This document shows, in pieces, positions 1-11,634 of a stretch of DNA of 64,000 nt. The stretch's first letter is position 1. Each line of letters opens with the position of its first letter. Location of the stretch: the NCBI GenBank assembly GCA_964455085.1, contig CAYVYJ010000007.1, positions 4,277-68,276 on the forward strand. The letters are read 5' to 3'. This DNA is from an uncultured Planctomycetia bacterium (GTDB taxonomy: Bacteria; Omnitrophota; Gorgyraeia; Duberdicusellales; 4484-171). The translations under genes and the position numbers were made by a program. The notes under the pieces are model-generated. The model worked only from the letters and a program-made list of their open reading frames with translations. It was not told the origin of the DNA and made no database searches.

Positions 1-530
1 GCTTTTTTTATCTCTTCAACAACCCAAACAAACTTTACAATTACCTGATTCAAAGTATTAAGAAAACCGCTTAAGGGTGCGGCTAGGGAAGACACAACTT
101 GGCCGATAAGAATCTCGCGAGAAGGAAGTTTCGCTAAAGCATTCATCTCTTTTGGGCTAATTCTTCTCTCTTTAATAACCCCGCCCTTCAACTGCATAAC
201 CTCGCTCTCTTTAGCGAAATCAACAAGAATCTTGCAGGCCTTCACCACATCACAATCTTTGATAACTACAATACCGGTTTCCGCTTCCAGCAAGCTCTTG
301 ATATCCTCCCAACCAAGATCTCCTAAAGCTCTTTCGAATAAAGAATTTTTAGCCACAAGAATTCTAGCTCCCGACTCCCGAAGATTATTGCGTAACTGAT
401 TAAGTGGGAAAGCTCCTACCTTATTAAAACAAACGAAGAAGTAACCTTCGGTTTCTTTAATGCTTTGCCTTAGGCCTTCAACGATCCTTTCTCGGGTTAA
501 TAAACCTATTTTTTTTACTTCTTTGGCCAT
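1..530 (-). CDS. rplJ: 50S ribosomal protein L10. The 3' end is cut by the window edge.
   Basis: Manual minus-strand translation from the ATG at 530-528 gives MAKEVKKIGLLTRERIVEGLRQSIKETEGYFFVCFNKVGAFPLNQLRNNL..., an L10-like sequence. It lies immediately downstream of rplK-rplA, as in the conserved nusG-rplK-rplA-rplJ order. Confidence 0.85.
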   Translation of the reverse strand, partial: MAKEVKKIGLLTRERIVEGLRQSIKETEGYFFVCFNKVGAFPLNQLRNNLRESGARILVAKNSLFERALGDLGWEDIKSLLEAETGIVVIKDCDVVKACKILVDFAKESEVMQLKGGVIKERRISPKEMNALAKLPSREILIGQVVSSLAAPLSGFLNTLNQVIVKFVWVVEEIKK

Positions 531-536
531 AACTTC

Positions 537-1217
537 TTATAGACTAAATTTTACTGATGGACTCATCGTTGTTGATAAATAAATATTCTTTATAAAATCA
601 CCTTTGACTGTCGAAGGCCTTGCCGCTGCTAGTGTGGAAACAAAAGCCTTTATATTCTCGATAAGAGCCTCGGGGCTAAACGATAACTTCCCTACCCCAG
701 CATGAATGCACCCTAATTTATCCATCCGAAAATCAATCTTTCCTCTCTTGGCCTCTCCTACCGCGAAAGCTACATTTTCGGTCACCGTCCCAGTCTTAGG
801 TGAAGGCATAAGTCCGCGAGGACCAAGGAATTTTCCTAACTTACTTGTTAAACGCATCATCGAAGGCGTAGATATACAACAACCAAAATCAATCCAATTC
901 TCTTTTAAAATTTTATCAATAATTTCTTGTGAACCGATATAATCAGCACCTGCTTCCTTAGCAGCGTTTTCTTTATCGGGTTCACAAAAAACTAATACCT
1001 TTATCGTCTTACCGGTCCCATGCGGCAGGACAACCGAACCCCTAACCATTTGATCGGATTGTTTAGGGTCAGCTCCTAATTTTCCGCTAATTTCCACCAT
1101 TTCATCAAACTTAACAGCTGGCATTGATTTCAAAATCCCAACTGCATCATTTAAAGAATAAACCTTATTCTTATCGACTAATTTTTCCGCTTCTCGGTAT
1201 CGCTTACTATGAGTCAT
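537..1217 (-). CDS. rplA: 50S ribosomal protein L1
   Basis: The 226-aa ORF matches the L1 family across its full length (GKTIKVLVFCE, RGLMPSPKTGTVT), and the synteny is conserved. Confidence 0.95.
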   Translation of the reverse strand: MTHSKRYREAEKLVDKNKVYSLNDAVGILKSMPAVKFDEMVEISGKLGADPKQSDQMVRGSVVLPHGTGKTIKVLVFCEPDKENAAKEAGADYIGSQEIIDKILKENWIDFGCCISTPSMMRLTSKLGKFLGPRGLMPSPKTGTVTENVAFAVGEAKRGKIDFRMDKLGCIHAGVGKLSFSPEALIENIKAFVSTLAAARPSTVKGDFIKNIYLSTTMSPSVKFSL

Positions 1218-1235
1218 AGTTACTCGCCCCTTATC

Positions 1236-1670
1236 CTATACTACCTTAATTCCGCAACTCCTAGCTGTACCCTCGACTATTCTTTTAGCTGCCTCTAAAT
1301 CTTTAGTATTTAAATCTTGCATTTTCTCCTCAGCAATCTTTCTAACTGCTTCCTTGGTCACCTCGCCGATAATTTCCTTCCCAGGCAGGGAGCTAGCTTT
1401 GGCTAAATTAGCCGCTCGCTTTAAGAGAAAAGAAACCGGGGGGCTCTTAACGATAAAATCAAAAGATTTATCTGCATAAACACTAATTATAACCGGTAAA
1501 ATTATTCCTTCTTTTTGCTTTGTGCTATCGTTAAAGGCTTTGCAAAACTGCATAATATTTACACCGTGCTGGCCTAATGCTGGCCCAACTGGAGGTGCAG
1601 GATTAGCTGAACCGGCGGGAATTTGTAATTTTATCTGACTTACTATTTTCTTCTTTTTTTTCTTAGCCAT
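1236..1670 (-). CDS. rplK: 50S ribosomal protein L11
   Basis: The 144-aa ORF has the L11 hallmark [30 protein letters not shown]. Confidence 0.95.
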   Translation of the reverse strand: MAKKKKKKIVSQIKLQIPAGSANPAPPVGPALGQHGVNIMQFCKAFNDSTKQKEGIILPVIISVYADKSFDFIVKSPPVSFLLKRAANLAKASSLPGKEIIGEVTKEAVRKIAEEKMQDLNTKDLEAAKRIVEGTARSCGIKVV

Positions 1671-1677
1671 AATTTAT

Positions 1678-2205
1678 TTATATTTTTTCTACCTGCCAAA
1701 ATTCGAGCTCTACCGGCGTAGTCCGTCCAAAAATTGAAACATTAACCTTTAATTTACCCTTATCAAGTGAAACGTCCTCAACCACACCATTAAAATTAAT
1801 AAACGGACCTTCAATCACGCGAATATTCTCACCCTTATTAAAACTTACCTTGGGCGCTGGCTTAGCCTTGCTTTCCTCGGCCTTTACCAAGATTCGGTCG
1901 ACCTCATCTTGAGATATCGGAGAAGGTTTTCTCCGTGGACCAATAAAGGCGGTAATCCCCGGGGTGCTACGCACAAAAAGCCAAGTGTCATCATTCATTT
2001 CCATATGTATAAGAATATATCCCGGAAAAAATTTTCGCTCTAAAACCTTTTTCTTGCCCAGCTTTACCTCAGTAATCTGCTCCTTAGGAATAACAACCTC
2101 ATCAATTAAATCTTTGTAGTCGCTTGAACTTATCTTTGCTTCAAGATTTAACTTCGCCTTATCTTCCACTCCGCTTAGAGTATGCAATATATACCACTTT
2201 TTCAT
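1678..2205 (-). CDS. nusG: Transcription termination/antitermination factor NusG
   Basis: The 175-aa ORF has an NGN domain (WYILHTLSGVEDKAK) and a KOW C-terminus. It sits between secE and rplK. Confidence 0.92.
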   Translation of the reverse strand: MKKWYILHTLSGVEDKAKLNLEAKISSSDYKDLIDEVVIPKEQITEVKLGKKKVLERKFFPGYILIHMEMNDDTWLFVRSTPGITAFIGPRRKPSPISQDEVDRILVKAEESKAKPAPKVSFNKGENIRVIEGPFINFNGVVEDVSLDKGKLKVNVSIFGRTTPVELEFWQVEKI

Positions 2206-2229
2206 TATTTAATTAAATTTTAGGGATAA

Positions 2230-2424
2230 TTACTTTAATAGAATTTGAATTAATTTTGATAAACCTAAATCCACGAAAGCAATGTAGGCAGTTAAAAGAC
2301 TGGCGGCAATAACTACAATTGTTGCTGCGGCCATTAATTCGTGTCGCGAAGACCAACTTACCTTTTTTAGCTCCTCTCTTACCTCTTTTAAGAATCTCGG
2401 GATTCTCTTTAATTTTTTGATCAT
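2230..2424 (-). CDS. secE: Preprotein translocase subunit SecE
   Basis: The 64-aa ORF has a single C-terminal TM helix and lies between tRNA-Trp and nusG, the canonical position. Confidence 0.85.
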   Translation of the reverse strand: MIKKLKRIPRFLKEVREELKKVSWSSRHELMAAATIVVIAASLLTAYIAFVDLGLSKLIQILLK

Positions 2425-2454
2425 CTCGTAATCTATAGTTTATATGGTTTTCAG

Positions 2455-2527
2455 CAGGCGAGGCAGGAGTTGAACCTGCAACCCCCGGTTTTGGAGACCG
2501 GTGCTCTGCCAATTGAGCCACTCGCCT
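2455..2527 (-). tRNA. trnW: tRNA-Trp (anticodon CCA)
   Basis: The minus-strand sequence folds as a cloverleaf: acceptor stem AGGCGAG/CTCGCCT, anticodon stem-loop CCGGT-CTCCAAA-ACCGG, TTCAACT T-loop. Its six-frame translation produces the spurious 102-aa ORF at 2213..2521. Confidence 0.9.
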
Positions 2528-2605
2528 AAATTAGCGATCGGTTTTTCAAAATAATTGACACAGCCAATTATCCTATCCAAAATAAATATAACAAAGAACA
2601 TATTG

Positions 2606-2758
2606 TTACGGCTTTGCCTCTTTATGCTCAGTATACTTCCGCTCCCAAGAGCAAAACTTTTTTATCAAAACTTTTTCCGGATGCTTACGCTTATTCTTGG
2701 TAGTGTAGTAATTCTTCCGTTTACAAATTGTGCATGATAATGCAATTAATTCTCTCAT
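2606..2758 (-). CDS. rpmG: 50S ribosomal protein L33. It is absent from the ORF track because it is under 60 aa.
   Basis: Manual translation gives MRELIALSCTICKRKNYYTTKNKRKHPEKVLIKKFCSWERKYTEHKEAKP (50 aa). The YYTTKNKR...PEKL-type core is L33-like, and the gene lies between tRNA-Thr and tRNA-Trp. Confidence 0.8.
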   Translation of the reverse strand: MRELIALSCTICKRKNYYTTKNKRKHPEKVLIKKFCSWERKYTEHKEAKP

Positions 2759-2844
2759 AAGGACTTACAATAAAAAAAGCCGGAAAGGGCCTACACCCTC
2801 CCCACTCCACTTTTGTGGTTTTTAACTTATCTTCCCCTATTTTT

Positions 2845-2917
2845 AGCCCACGACCGGAGTTGAACCGGTGACCACTTCGTTACCAACGAAGTGCTCTACC
2901 GACTGAGCTACGTGGGC
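2845..2917 (-). tRNA. trnT: tRNA-Thr (anticodon GGU)
   Basis: Cloverleaf with acceptor GCCCACG/CGTGGGC, anticodon stem-loop CTTCG-TTGGTAA-CGAAG and a GGTTCAACTCC T-arm. Confidence 0.88.
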
Positions 2918-2955
2918 AATTTCCCTTTAAAATCAAGGAAAAAGCAGACCATAAG

Positions 2956-2983
2956 ATACTACTATAAAAGCCATTTTTGTCAA
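2956..2983 (-). promoter_or_regulatory. Candidate sigma70-type promoter driving tRNA-Thr/rpmG/tRNA-Trp/secE-nusG...
   Basis: The minus strand reads TTGACA, then 16 nt, then TAGTAT, about 35 nt upstream of the tRNA-Thr 5' end. Confidence 0.4.
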
Positions 2984-3020
2984 GGAAAAAATAGCGAAAT
3001 AATGGAGCTGGATATTTTGA

Positions 3021-5308
<2,288 letters not shown>

Positions 5309-6238
5309 CTACTTAAACCGCTCTCCGGTTTTTATCCGGTATCCACAGGCAAAACTCCAAGCATCCATTTCAGACTTACCCTGAGGTTTTACCTTTTTAA
5401 TTTGTAAAACTCCTTTACCACAGGCAACCGAAATCCCCTCTTTAGCAATATCGACAATTGTTCCCGGTAGATCAATTGAGCCTTTACCTACAATATCAAC
5501 TTTGAGTACTTTAAACATTAGATCTTGATAATAGCTATAGGCTGAAGGCCAACCTAAAGTTGCCCGGGTTAAATTCCTTATATCTTGAGCCCGGCTTTTC
5601 CAAAAAATGCGGCCATCTTCTTTTTTAAGTTTAGCGGTTAAAGTCGCTAACTTCTCATCCTGAGGCCTCAGAGAATAGGAACCGTTATTTATCTTACTTA
5701 TTGCCTGGATCAACAATAAAGCCCCATTTTTAGCCAATCTTTTACTTAAAGAAAAAAAATCATCATCATAATTAACCGCTAAGGTCTGTTGTAAAATTAT
5801 ATCCCCAGCATCAACTTTTCTGTTCAGTTTAAAGATAGTAACTCCGCTCTCCTGATCACCATTAATCAAAGTTTCCTCTATCGGTGCAGCCCCTCGATAA
5901 CGGGGAAGCAGCGAAGGATGGATGCAAAGTGGAAGTATTTTAGGCAGATTTAGGAGACTTTCGGGGATAATCTCTCCATAATCAGCAACAATAAAAAAAT
6001 CCGCATTTTCTTTATCCAATACTTCTTTAACTGCCTCTTCCTTTAGGGATGCCGGTTTAATAAGCTGGATTTTCTTATCATGGGCAAACTGGCTTACTTC
6101 AGTAGCTGAAAGCTTCAAACCTCTTCCCCTCGGCTTATCAGGCCTGCTAACTATAAGCACTGGGGCATAGCTTTGAGAATAAAGCTCCCCTAAGATGATT
6201 TTCGAAAACTGGGAACTGCCAAAATAGACAAATCTCAT
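5309..6238 (-). CDS. fmt: Methionyl-tRNA formyltransferase
   Basis: The 309-aa ORF shows N-terminal formyltransferase features (IVADYGEIIP, HPSLLPRYRGAAPI) and a C-terminal Fmt domain. Confidence 0.9.
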   Translation of the reverse strand: MRFVYFGSSQFSKIILGELYSQSYAPVLIVSRPDKPRGRGLKLSATEVSQFAHDKKIQLIKPASLKEEAVKEVLDKENADFFIVADYGEIIPESLLNLPKILPLCIHPSLLPRYRGAAPIEETLINGDQESGVTIFKLNRKVDAGDIILQQTLAVNYDDDFFSLSKRLAKNGALLLIQAISKINNGSYSLRPQDEKLATLTAKLKKEDGRIFWKSRAQDIRNLTRATLGWPSAYSYYQDLMFKVLKVDIVGKGSIDLPGTIVDIAKEGISVACGKGVLQIKKVKPQGKSEMDAWSFACGYRIKTGERFK

Positions 6239-8022
6239 CGTAAACTCACTGCCAATTGTATTGAAGAGGTACGGGAATTTTTAATCTCTTCTTTAATTAA
6301 CTTTCTTGATAAAGAAACTTTGCTGGTTTTGACTATAAGCGAATAGCGAAATTTATCTCGCAATTTAAACGGTTTTTCTTCAAAAGGACCATAGACCTCT
6401 TTAAATTTCCCCTCGAGCCTATTATATAAATCCTTTACGCTTTTTAAAAGGGGTTTTTTGTTCTTTGACCTTAAGGTAATCTTTGCGATAAGCCCAAAAG
6501 GAGGGAGCTGTGATTTCTTTCTGAATCGGAGTTCTGCTTCATAAAAATCCTCCCAATGTTCATTCAAATGTTTAAAGAGATAATAATCCTTATGCCGGGT
6601 AAATACATAAAGGGAATCTTGAATTAGGCGAAGAAGTTTCCGCAGGTAGAGAAAGGTCTTGAAAGTCGCATCGTAATCTAAGTGGTTTAAGAAAAAATCA
6701 GCGTCAAGAACAAAACCCCTATCGAATTTTACCGGATCACAAAGGTAGCTTAAAACTTTCGATGTCGAAAGCGTGATCTGGGTGGCGTCGGAGGAATTTG
6801 CTAAATTATCAATCTTGGCTTCCGGGAACATTCTTCTTAATAAGCTCTCCAGCCTCTGAATGCCGTAACCTTTACTCTTTAAATAACCGCTGTTGCACCG
6901 GTTGCAAATCTTAGGCAGAGGGGTTTTTCTTTGACAATAAGGACATATTCCTTCCTCCCCATTTAAGGACGATTGAAGGAAGCTTGAGCAGTGTTGACAT
7001 TTAAATATCTGCCCACAGCTGGAACAGGAAACATGGGCGAATCCTTTTCGATTCCACAAAATAATTGCTTTCATCTTATCCTGGATAGATTTTTGCAGGA
7101 GGTCAGTTAGAATTGGGTTAATAACTCCTTTTTTACTAAACTCAGACGTATTGATTATCCTGATCGGCCTGCTATCGTTACTTTTACCTAACAACTTTAC
7201 CGTTCCTTCTTTTATGCGTTTATAAGTAGCTAAGGATGGGTAATCACCGCTTAAAATTAAATCTGCACTTTTAATTTGTGACAAAGCCCAAGCTACATCA
7301 GGAAGCCAATGATAGGGTTTTTCTTCCTGAAAATAGCAGTGATCATTCTCCTCCTCAACCACGATTAATCTCAAGTCAGTTGGGTAATAAAAAATAGCTA
7401 CTCGTGTTCCCAGGATTAAAGAGCTTTCTCTGGTTTTACTCCAGATAGAAAAGAGTTCTTTCTCTCCTTCCTGGCTATGGATTACCTTTGTTTGATCCGG
7501 GAAATCACTTTCAATAATCTTTCTTGCCGCCTTAAGAAAAGCAAGCTGCGGAAAACAAATAAGAACTGATCCCTGGTTTAACTTCTCTTTTACTATATTT
7601 TTCCATAGTTGATATCTCTGGCGAAAGCTATCACCCTTAATAAATTTATTCTCAATAGTATCCTTACACTTACTCCCAACACTGCTAAGTTGCAAATCGG
7701 ATTTCCGCGGCTTCTTAAGGTAGGGCGGAAACATCATAAATAAAAATTCACCCTTAGCATAAGGATAAAAGTTGCTCAGTTGCTCAGCAAAAAGCAGGTG
7801 TTCCTCATCCAGCAAGGATTTGGAATCAAGAAGATCGATAATTGGTTTTAGTTTCCGAAAACGCGACCCACTTGCTACAGCGACAACAATACCAATTCGC
7901 TTCTTACGGTTAAAATCTACCAAAACCCGCATACCCGGTTTTACCTCAAGATCTGCCGGGCAGAAATAATCAAATTCCTTGTCTAACGATATTGAAATTA
8001 CTACCTTGGCTACCCTAAGCAT
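6235..8022 (-). CDS. priA: Primosomal protein N' (PriA) homologue with degenerate helicase motifs
   Basis: The 595-aa ORF has a PriA-type N-terminal DNA-binding domain (LDKEFDYFCP...VLVDFNRKKRIGIVV) and a Cys-rich zinc region (CSSCGQIFKCQHC...CPYCQRK...CNRCNS). No GxGKT Walker A is visible, and the DEEH position reads EEEND. Confidence 0.7.
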   Translation of the reverse strand: MLRVAKVVISISLDKEFDYFCPADLEVKPGMRVLVDFNRKKRIGIVVAVASGSRFRKLKPIIDLLDSKSLLDEEHLLFAEQLSNFYPYAKGEFLFMMFPPYLKKPRKSDLQLSSVGSKCKDTIENKFIKGDSFRQRYQLWKNIVKEKLNQGSVLICFPQLAFLKAARKIIESDFPDQTKVIHSQEGEKELFSIWSKTRESSLILGTRVAIFYYPTDLRLIVVEEENDHCYFQEEKPYHWLPDVAWALSQIKSADLILSGDYPSLATYKRIKEGTVKLLGKSNDSRPIRIINTSEFSKKGVINPILTDLLQKSIQDKMKAIILWNRKGFAHVSCSSCGQIFKCQHCSSFLQSSLNGEEGICPYCQRKTPLPKICNRCNSGYLKSKGYGIQRLESLLRRMFPEAKIDNLANSSDATQITLSTSKVLSYLCDPVKFDRGFVLDADFFLNHLDYDATFKTFLYLRKLLRLIQDSLYVFTRHKDYYLFKHLNEHWEDFYEAELRFRKKSQLPPFGLIAKITLRSKNKKPLLKSVKDLYNRLEGKFKEVYGPFEEKPFKLRDKFRYSLIVKTSKVSLSRKLIKEEIKNSRTSSIQLAVSLR

Positions 8023-9082
8023 TGCTCCACCGTGTGATTAAAGCTAATAAAGGTTTACGGATATCCTTAACTTCTAAGGGGTAGTTATTTTGTAATTCAC
8101 TATTCCTTGTATTGTAATAATGGACGGCCGCAACTAATTCTTCCTCCCCGCGGACAAATCTAGCTATACCATGCTTAATTAACAAGGTCATATTAGCCCT
8201 CTCCTGCCCGGGAATATAGTGGGTGAAAATAAAAGGCTTCCGCTTGTAAAGACCTTCAAAAATAGTCATTCCGCCAGGCTTGGAAATAATAATTGTACTT
8301 GCTGAGAAAAGCTCCCAAATTTGATCATAAAAGGAGAACAATCGAATATAAGGCGAATCTAAATCTTCTAGGCATTTTTTTAACTTTTTATTTTTACCAT
8401 AAATAAGAAAAATATTGAAATCATTTACCAGAGCCTCAATGGCTCCTTTTAAATAAGGGAATCTACCCCTTAAGGAAGAGACAAAAACAAGTATCGGTCT
8501 GGAGTTGAGGTCAAACTTCTTACGCAAAGATTCTACAGGAATCTCTTCTAAGAAACCTAGACGTAAAGGAACATAGCCAGAAGTAATTTTATCATTGGCG
8601 ACCCCTAGGTTAATTAAATCACCTTTGGTTACCTCTAATGCCGCAAAATAATGATCGATACACTCAGCAACCCATAGAGGATGAACCCGTAAATCAGTAA
8701 TGACCGCAGCTACCTTACAGTTTAGCTCATTTTTTATAGTTGTAATCAGACTAGAGGCAAAAAAATGGGTAACGATTATTATCCCAGGACGTCCATCTCT
8801 TAAATACTTAAAGAATGGGGAGAAGATTGAACGATTAATCCTGTTTAGCCAAGAAGAAAAAAGTTTTTGCTTAGCAGAAAAAAATAATCCTTTCCAAAGC
8901 CAGGGAAAATATTGGGTTATAGTTAAATAGCTCAAAGAATAAATCTTTCTCAAGAAGGGAGAGGCAAAGCTTAAAAGATCACAAAGTTGAGCATCGGGTA
9001 AATATTTTAATGCCAGAGCAGCTCTCTTGTGTCCTTCTCCAAAACTAGCATAAACAATTAAAGTTTTAGCCATAGTGAGCAC
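8015..9082 (-). CDS. GT28-family glycosyltransferase (MGDG synthase / UgtP-like diacylglycerol glycosyltransferase)
   Basis: The 355-aa ORF has an N-terminus (ILIVYASFGEGHKRAALAL) and overall pattern that resemble UgtP/MurG-like GT28 enzymes. Confidence 0.55.
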   Translation of the reverse strand: MLTMAKTLIVYASFGEGHKRAALALKYLPDAQLCDLLSFASPFLRKIYSLSYLTITQYFPWLWKGLFFSAKQKLFSSWLNRINRSIFSPFFKYLRDGRPGIIIVTHFFASSLITTIKNELNCKVAAVITDLRVHPLWVAECIDHYFAALEVTKGDLINLGVANDKITSGYVPLRLGFLEEIPVESLRKKFDLNSRPILVFVSSLRGRFPYLKGAIEALVNDFNIFLIYGKNKKLKKCLEDLDSPYIRLFSFYDQIWELFSASTIIISKPGGMTIFEGLYKRKPFIFTHYIPGQERANMTLLIKHGIARFVRGEEELVAAVHYYNTRNSELQNNYPLEVKDIRKPLLALITRWSNA

Positions 9083-9626
9083 ATAGATAATCTGCTGCTA
9101 CCTGTAAATTATCAAATACATGATCCGGTTCAAACTCCCAATGGTTACGGTCGGATTCTTTCTCCTTGCCCGAGAGGACAAGTATTGATTTTGCTCCAAA
9201 GCAACGTGCGGCATGCATATCCCGGAAAGAATCACCGATAAAAAAAGATATCGTCGGAGTAAGACCTGAATCTGAGACTGCTTGCCTTAAGAGGCCGGTT
9301 TTAGGCTTACGACAATCACAATTGTCTGAATCACGATGGGTACAATAATAAATACCCTCTATTTGAACCCCTTGCTTATTAAAGGCTTTTAGCATTCCTT
9401 GGTTTATTCCTTCTAAATCAGCCTGGCTATATAATCCTTTGGCGATGCCAGCCTGATTTGAAATAACATATAGTTTAAACCCACAAAGGAAAAGTTGTTT
9501 TGCCCCTTCAATACTTCCGGGGATAAACTTAAATTCACTCCAATTCGTAACATAATTGGTAAACCCAGGGTATTGATTAATTACCCCGTCACGATCAAGA
9601 AAAACTATTTTCTCCCCTTCTGTCAT
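9066..9626 (-). CDS. gmhB: D-glycero-D-manno-heptose 1,7-bisphosphate phosphatase (HAD family)
   Basis: The 186-aa ORF has the FLDRDGVIN motif, a Cys cluster (CDCRKP) and the GDSxxD motif. Confidence 0.8.
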   Translation of the reverse strand: MTEGEKIVFLDRDGVINQYPGFTNYVTNWSEFKFIPGSIEGAKQLFLCGFKLYVISNQAGIAKGLYSQADLEGINQGMLKAFNKQGVQIEGIYYCTHRDSDNCDCRKPKTGLLRQAVSDSGLTPTISFFIGDSFRDMHAARCFGAKSILVLSGKEKESDRNHWEFEPDHVFDNLQVAADYLCAHYG

Positions 9627-9688
9627 AATCTCCTCCTGTAACTTCTTATACTAACATCAAACTCTTTAGTTTAAAAGGGAAACTCGCA

Positions 9689-10390
9689 TTAAAACTTAAA
9701 AAAAGAATATATCTTTTCCCGCGCGATAAGTTTATACTCACCCGGTGCCAGCTTCCCTAAAACCAATCCGCCAACTCTGACTCGCTTTAATTCCCTTATC
9801 GGTGAACCTAAAGATTTAAATAACCTCCGCAAATGTCTTTTTTTCCCCTCAGAAACCACTACCGTACAGAAAGTCTGATCCCGTCCCCGCTTTAATCTTT
9901 TAATACTTCTGAGGCTTAGATATTCACCCTCCACCCAACAACCTTTTTTCGCCTTCTGGCAATCTCTAGAGGTCAATGCTTTGTTGAACTCGACCAAATA
10001 TTCTTTTTCTATTGCGAACTTGGGATGGGTCAGACGATAACAAAGATCTCCATCATTGGTAAGGATAAGCAATCCCGAAGATTGTTTATCTAATCTTCCT
10101 ACCGGATAGATTCCCCGGAAATTGCTGGGAAAAAAGTCAATTACCTTCTTATCGGCAAATTTATCGCTAAGAGTCGTAGTTACACCCTTAGGTTTATTAA
10201 ACAGGATATAAAGGTGTTTTTTTAAACTTAATAGTTTTCGGTTAACCGTAATTTTATCGCAACTGCTGACCATCCGAAAAGGTTCAAGGACCTTTTGACC
10301 GTTTACCTCTATCTTACCTTCCTTAATCAGACGATCAGCACCTCTTCTCGAAACATAGCCGCTTTTAGCGATGAAAAGATTAAGACGCAT
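9689..10390 (-). CDS. rRNA pseudouridine synthase, RsuA/RluB family
   Basis: It has an S4 domain (LFIAKSGYVSRRGADRLIKEG) and the catalytic motif GRLDKQSSGLLILTNDGDL. The likely start is the internal MRLNLF, which avoids a long overlap with the upstream gene. Confidence 0.8.
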   Translation of the reverse strand: MRLNLFIAKSGYVSRRGADRLIKEGKIEVNGQKVLEPFRMVSSCDKITVNRKLLSLKKHLYILFNKPKGVTTTLSDKFADKKVIDFFPSNFRGIYPVGRLDKQSSGLLILTNDGDLCYRLTHPKFAIEKEYLVEFNKALTSRDCQKAKKGCWVEGEYLSLRSIKRLKRGRDQTFCTVVVSEGKKRHLRRLFKSLGSPIRELKRVRVGGLVLGKLAPGEYKLIAREKIYSFFKF

Positions 10391-11627
10391 TACTTCTTTT
10401 TGATTGAGCCAAAGAAGCAAAGACTTTATCGCCCTCTATAGCCTCTATCACTACTGGAACAATTTTCCCTAGTGAAACTTTATCCTTTATCCAAACCCGG
10501 ATGTAATTTTCAGTATGACCAGATATATAACCATTATTTTCTTCCTCGGCTACCATATTAAGTGTTTTGCCTAAAAATTTCTTTTTATAGCTGCCTGCAA
10601 AATCGTTGGACAACTTTCGTAAAAAATTATAGCGTTGGCGGATTACTTTAGAATCCTTAATTTTCACCTTTGAGAATCGAGTTTTCTCACGTGGGGAAAA
10701 GGTAAAAATATGCATCCGCATTGGTTTAATTATTTTTAAAAAATTTACAGTATTTTGAAAACTTTCTTCACTCTCGGTGGGAAAACCAACCATAATATCA
10801 CAACTTATAGCAGCATCAGGTCTAATTTTTCTTATTTCAAAGACTTTATCATAATATAGGTTCACCGTCGCTTTTTTATTCATCTCAGCTAATATGCGAT
10901 TATCGCCATACTGAAAAGGAAAGTGAAAATGCGGGCATAACTTCTCACCGTGAAGTGATGACAACAATTCCTGATTTAAAAACAGTGGTTCTAAGGAACT
11001 TAAACGCAATCTGCCTAATGAAGACACCCTTAAGAGGTCTTTCACTAAATCTCCTAAAGTACTCTTAGGAGTTAAATCCCTACCCCAAAGACCTAAATTG
11101 ACTCCGCAAAGCACAATCTCCTTATGCCTACGGCAAACTTCTTTAACTTCCGCGATTGCGCAAGCCTTAGTCTTGCTGCGCGAAGAACCTCTTAAATAGG
11201 AAATCTTGCAAAAGGAACAAGAATTATCACAACCGTCCTGAACTTTAACAAAGGCCCGATGGTTTGAGAAACAGGTTATCTTGAAAGCTTCCTTTGAAAA
11301 AGGTAAACCCAGTACAATATCGGGCAAAAAAGCTTTCTGATCCTGGGAAATAATATAATCGACCCCTAATTCAGCAATAAAATCCCGATTCAACTGAGCC
11401 AGACATCCCGAAACCGCAATCTTAGCCTCAGGGTTCTCTTTTTTGGCCCGCAGGATTGTATCTTTTGATTTGCTATCGGCGCGAGAAGTAACCGTACAGG
11501 TATTAATTACATAAAGATCAGCCTTCTCCTTGGTTATCCTGTGTCCGCGGCGCGAAAATTGTTCTTTCAAACCTTGAGTCTCATATTGATTAACCTTACA
11601 GCCAAGTGTAAAAAATTTTACCTTCAT
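10380..11627 (-). CDS. Radical SAM methylthiotransferase, MiaB/RimO/MtaB family (most like MtaB)
   Basis: The 415-aa ORF has an N-terminal MTTase domain (FTLGCKVNQYE), a radical SAM core (GCDNSCSFC) and a TRAM-like C-terminus. Confidence 0.75.
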   Translation of the reverse strand: MKVKFFTLGCKVNQYETQGLKEQFSRRGHRITKEKADLYVINTCTVTSRADSKSKDTILRAKKENPEAKIAVSGCLAQLNRDFIAELGVDYIISQDQKAFLPDIVLGLPFSKEAFKITCFSNHRAFVKVQDGCDNSCSFCKISYLRGSSRSKTKACAIAEVKEVCRRHKEIVLCGVNLGLWGRDLTPKSTLGDLVKDLLRVSSLGRLRLSSLEPLFLNQELLSSLHGEKLCPHFHFPFQYGDNRILAEMNKKATVNLYYDKVFEIRKIRPDAAISCDIMVGFPTESEESFQNTVNFLKIIKPMRMHIFTFSPREKTRFSKVKIKDSKVIRQRYNFLRKLSNDFAGSYKKKFLGKTLNMVAEEENNGYISGHTENYIRVWIKDKVSLGKIVPVVIEAIEGDKVFASLAQSKRSNAS

Positions 11628-11634
11628 CTTTTAA

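Noticed and set aside
2213-2521. 102-aa minus-strand ORF (MAQLAEHRSPKPGVAGSTPAS...)
   Set aside because: It is the in-frame translation of tRNA-Trp plus the secE region. GxVAQLxER-type peptides are a classic tRNA-translation artefact.
2555-2737. 60-aa plus-strand ORF between tRNA-Trp and tRNA-Thr
   Set aside because: It lies antisense to the real rpmG gene (2606-2758, minus strand), has low-complexity hydrophobic content and has no start context.
2760-2844. Possible intrinsic terminator (GCCGGAAAGGGC followed by a T7 run on the minus strand) between tRNA-Thr and rpmG
   Set aside because: The stem is only 3-4 bp. It is too weak to call, although it could be a leaky terminator.
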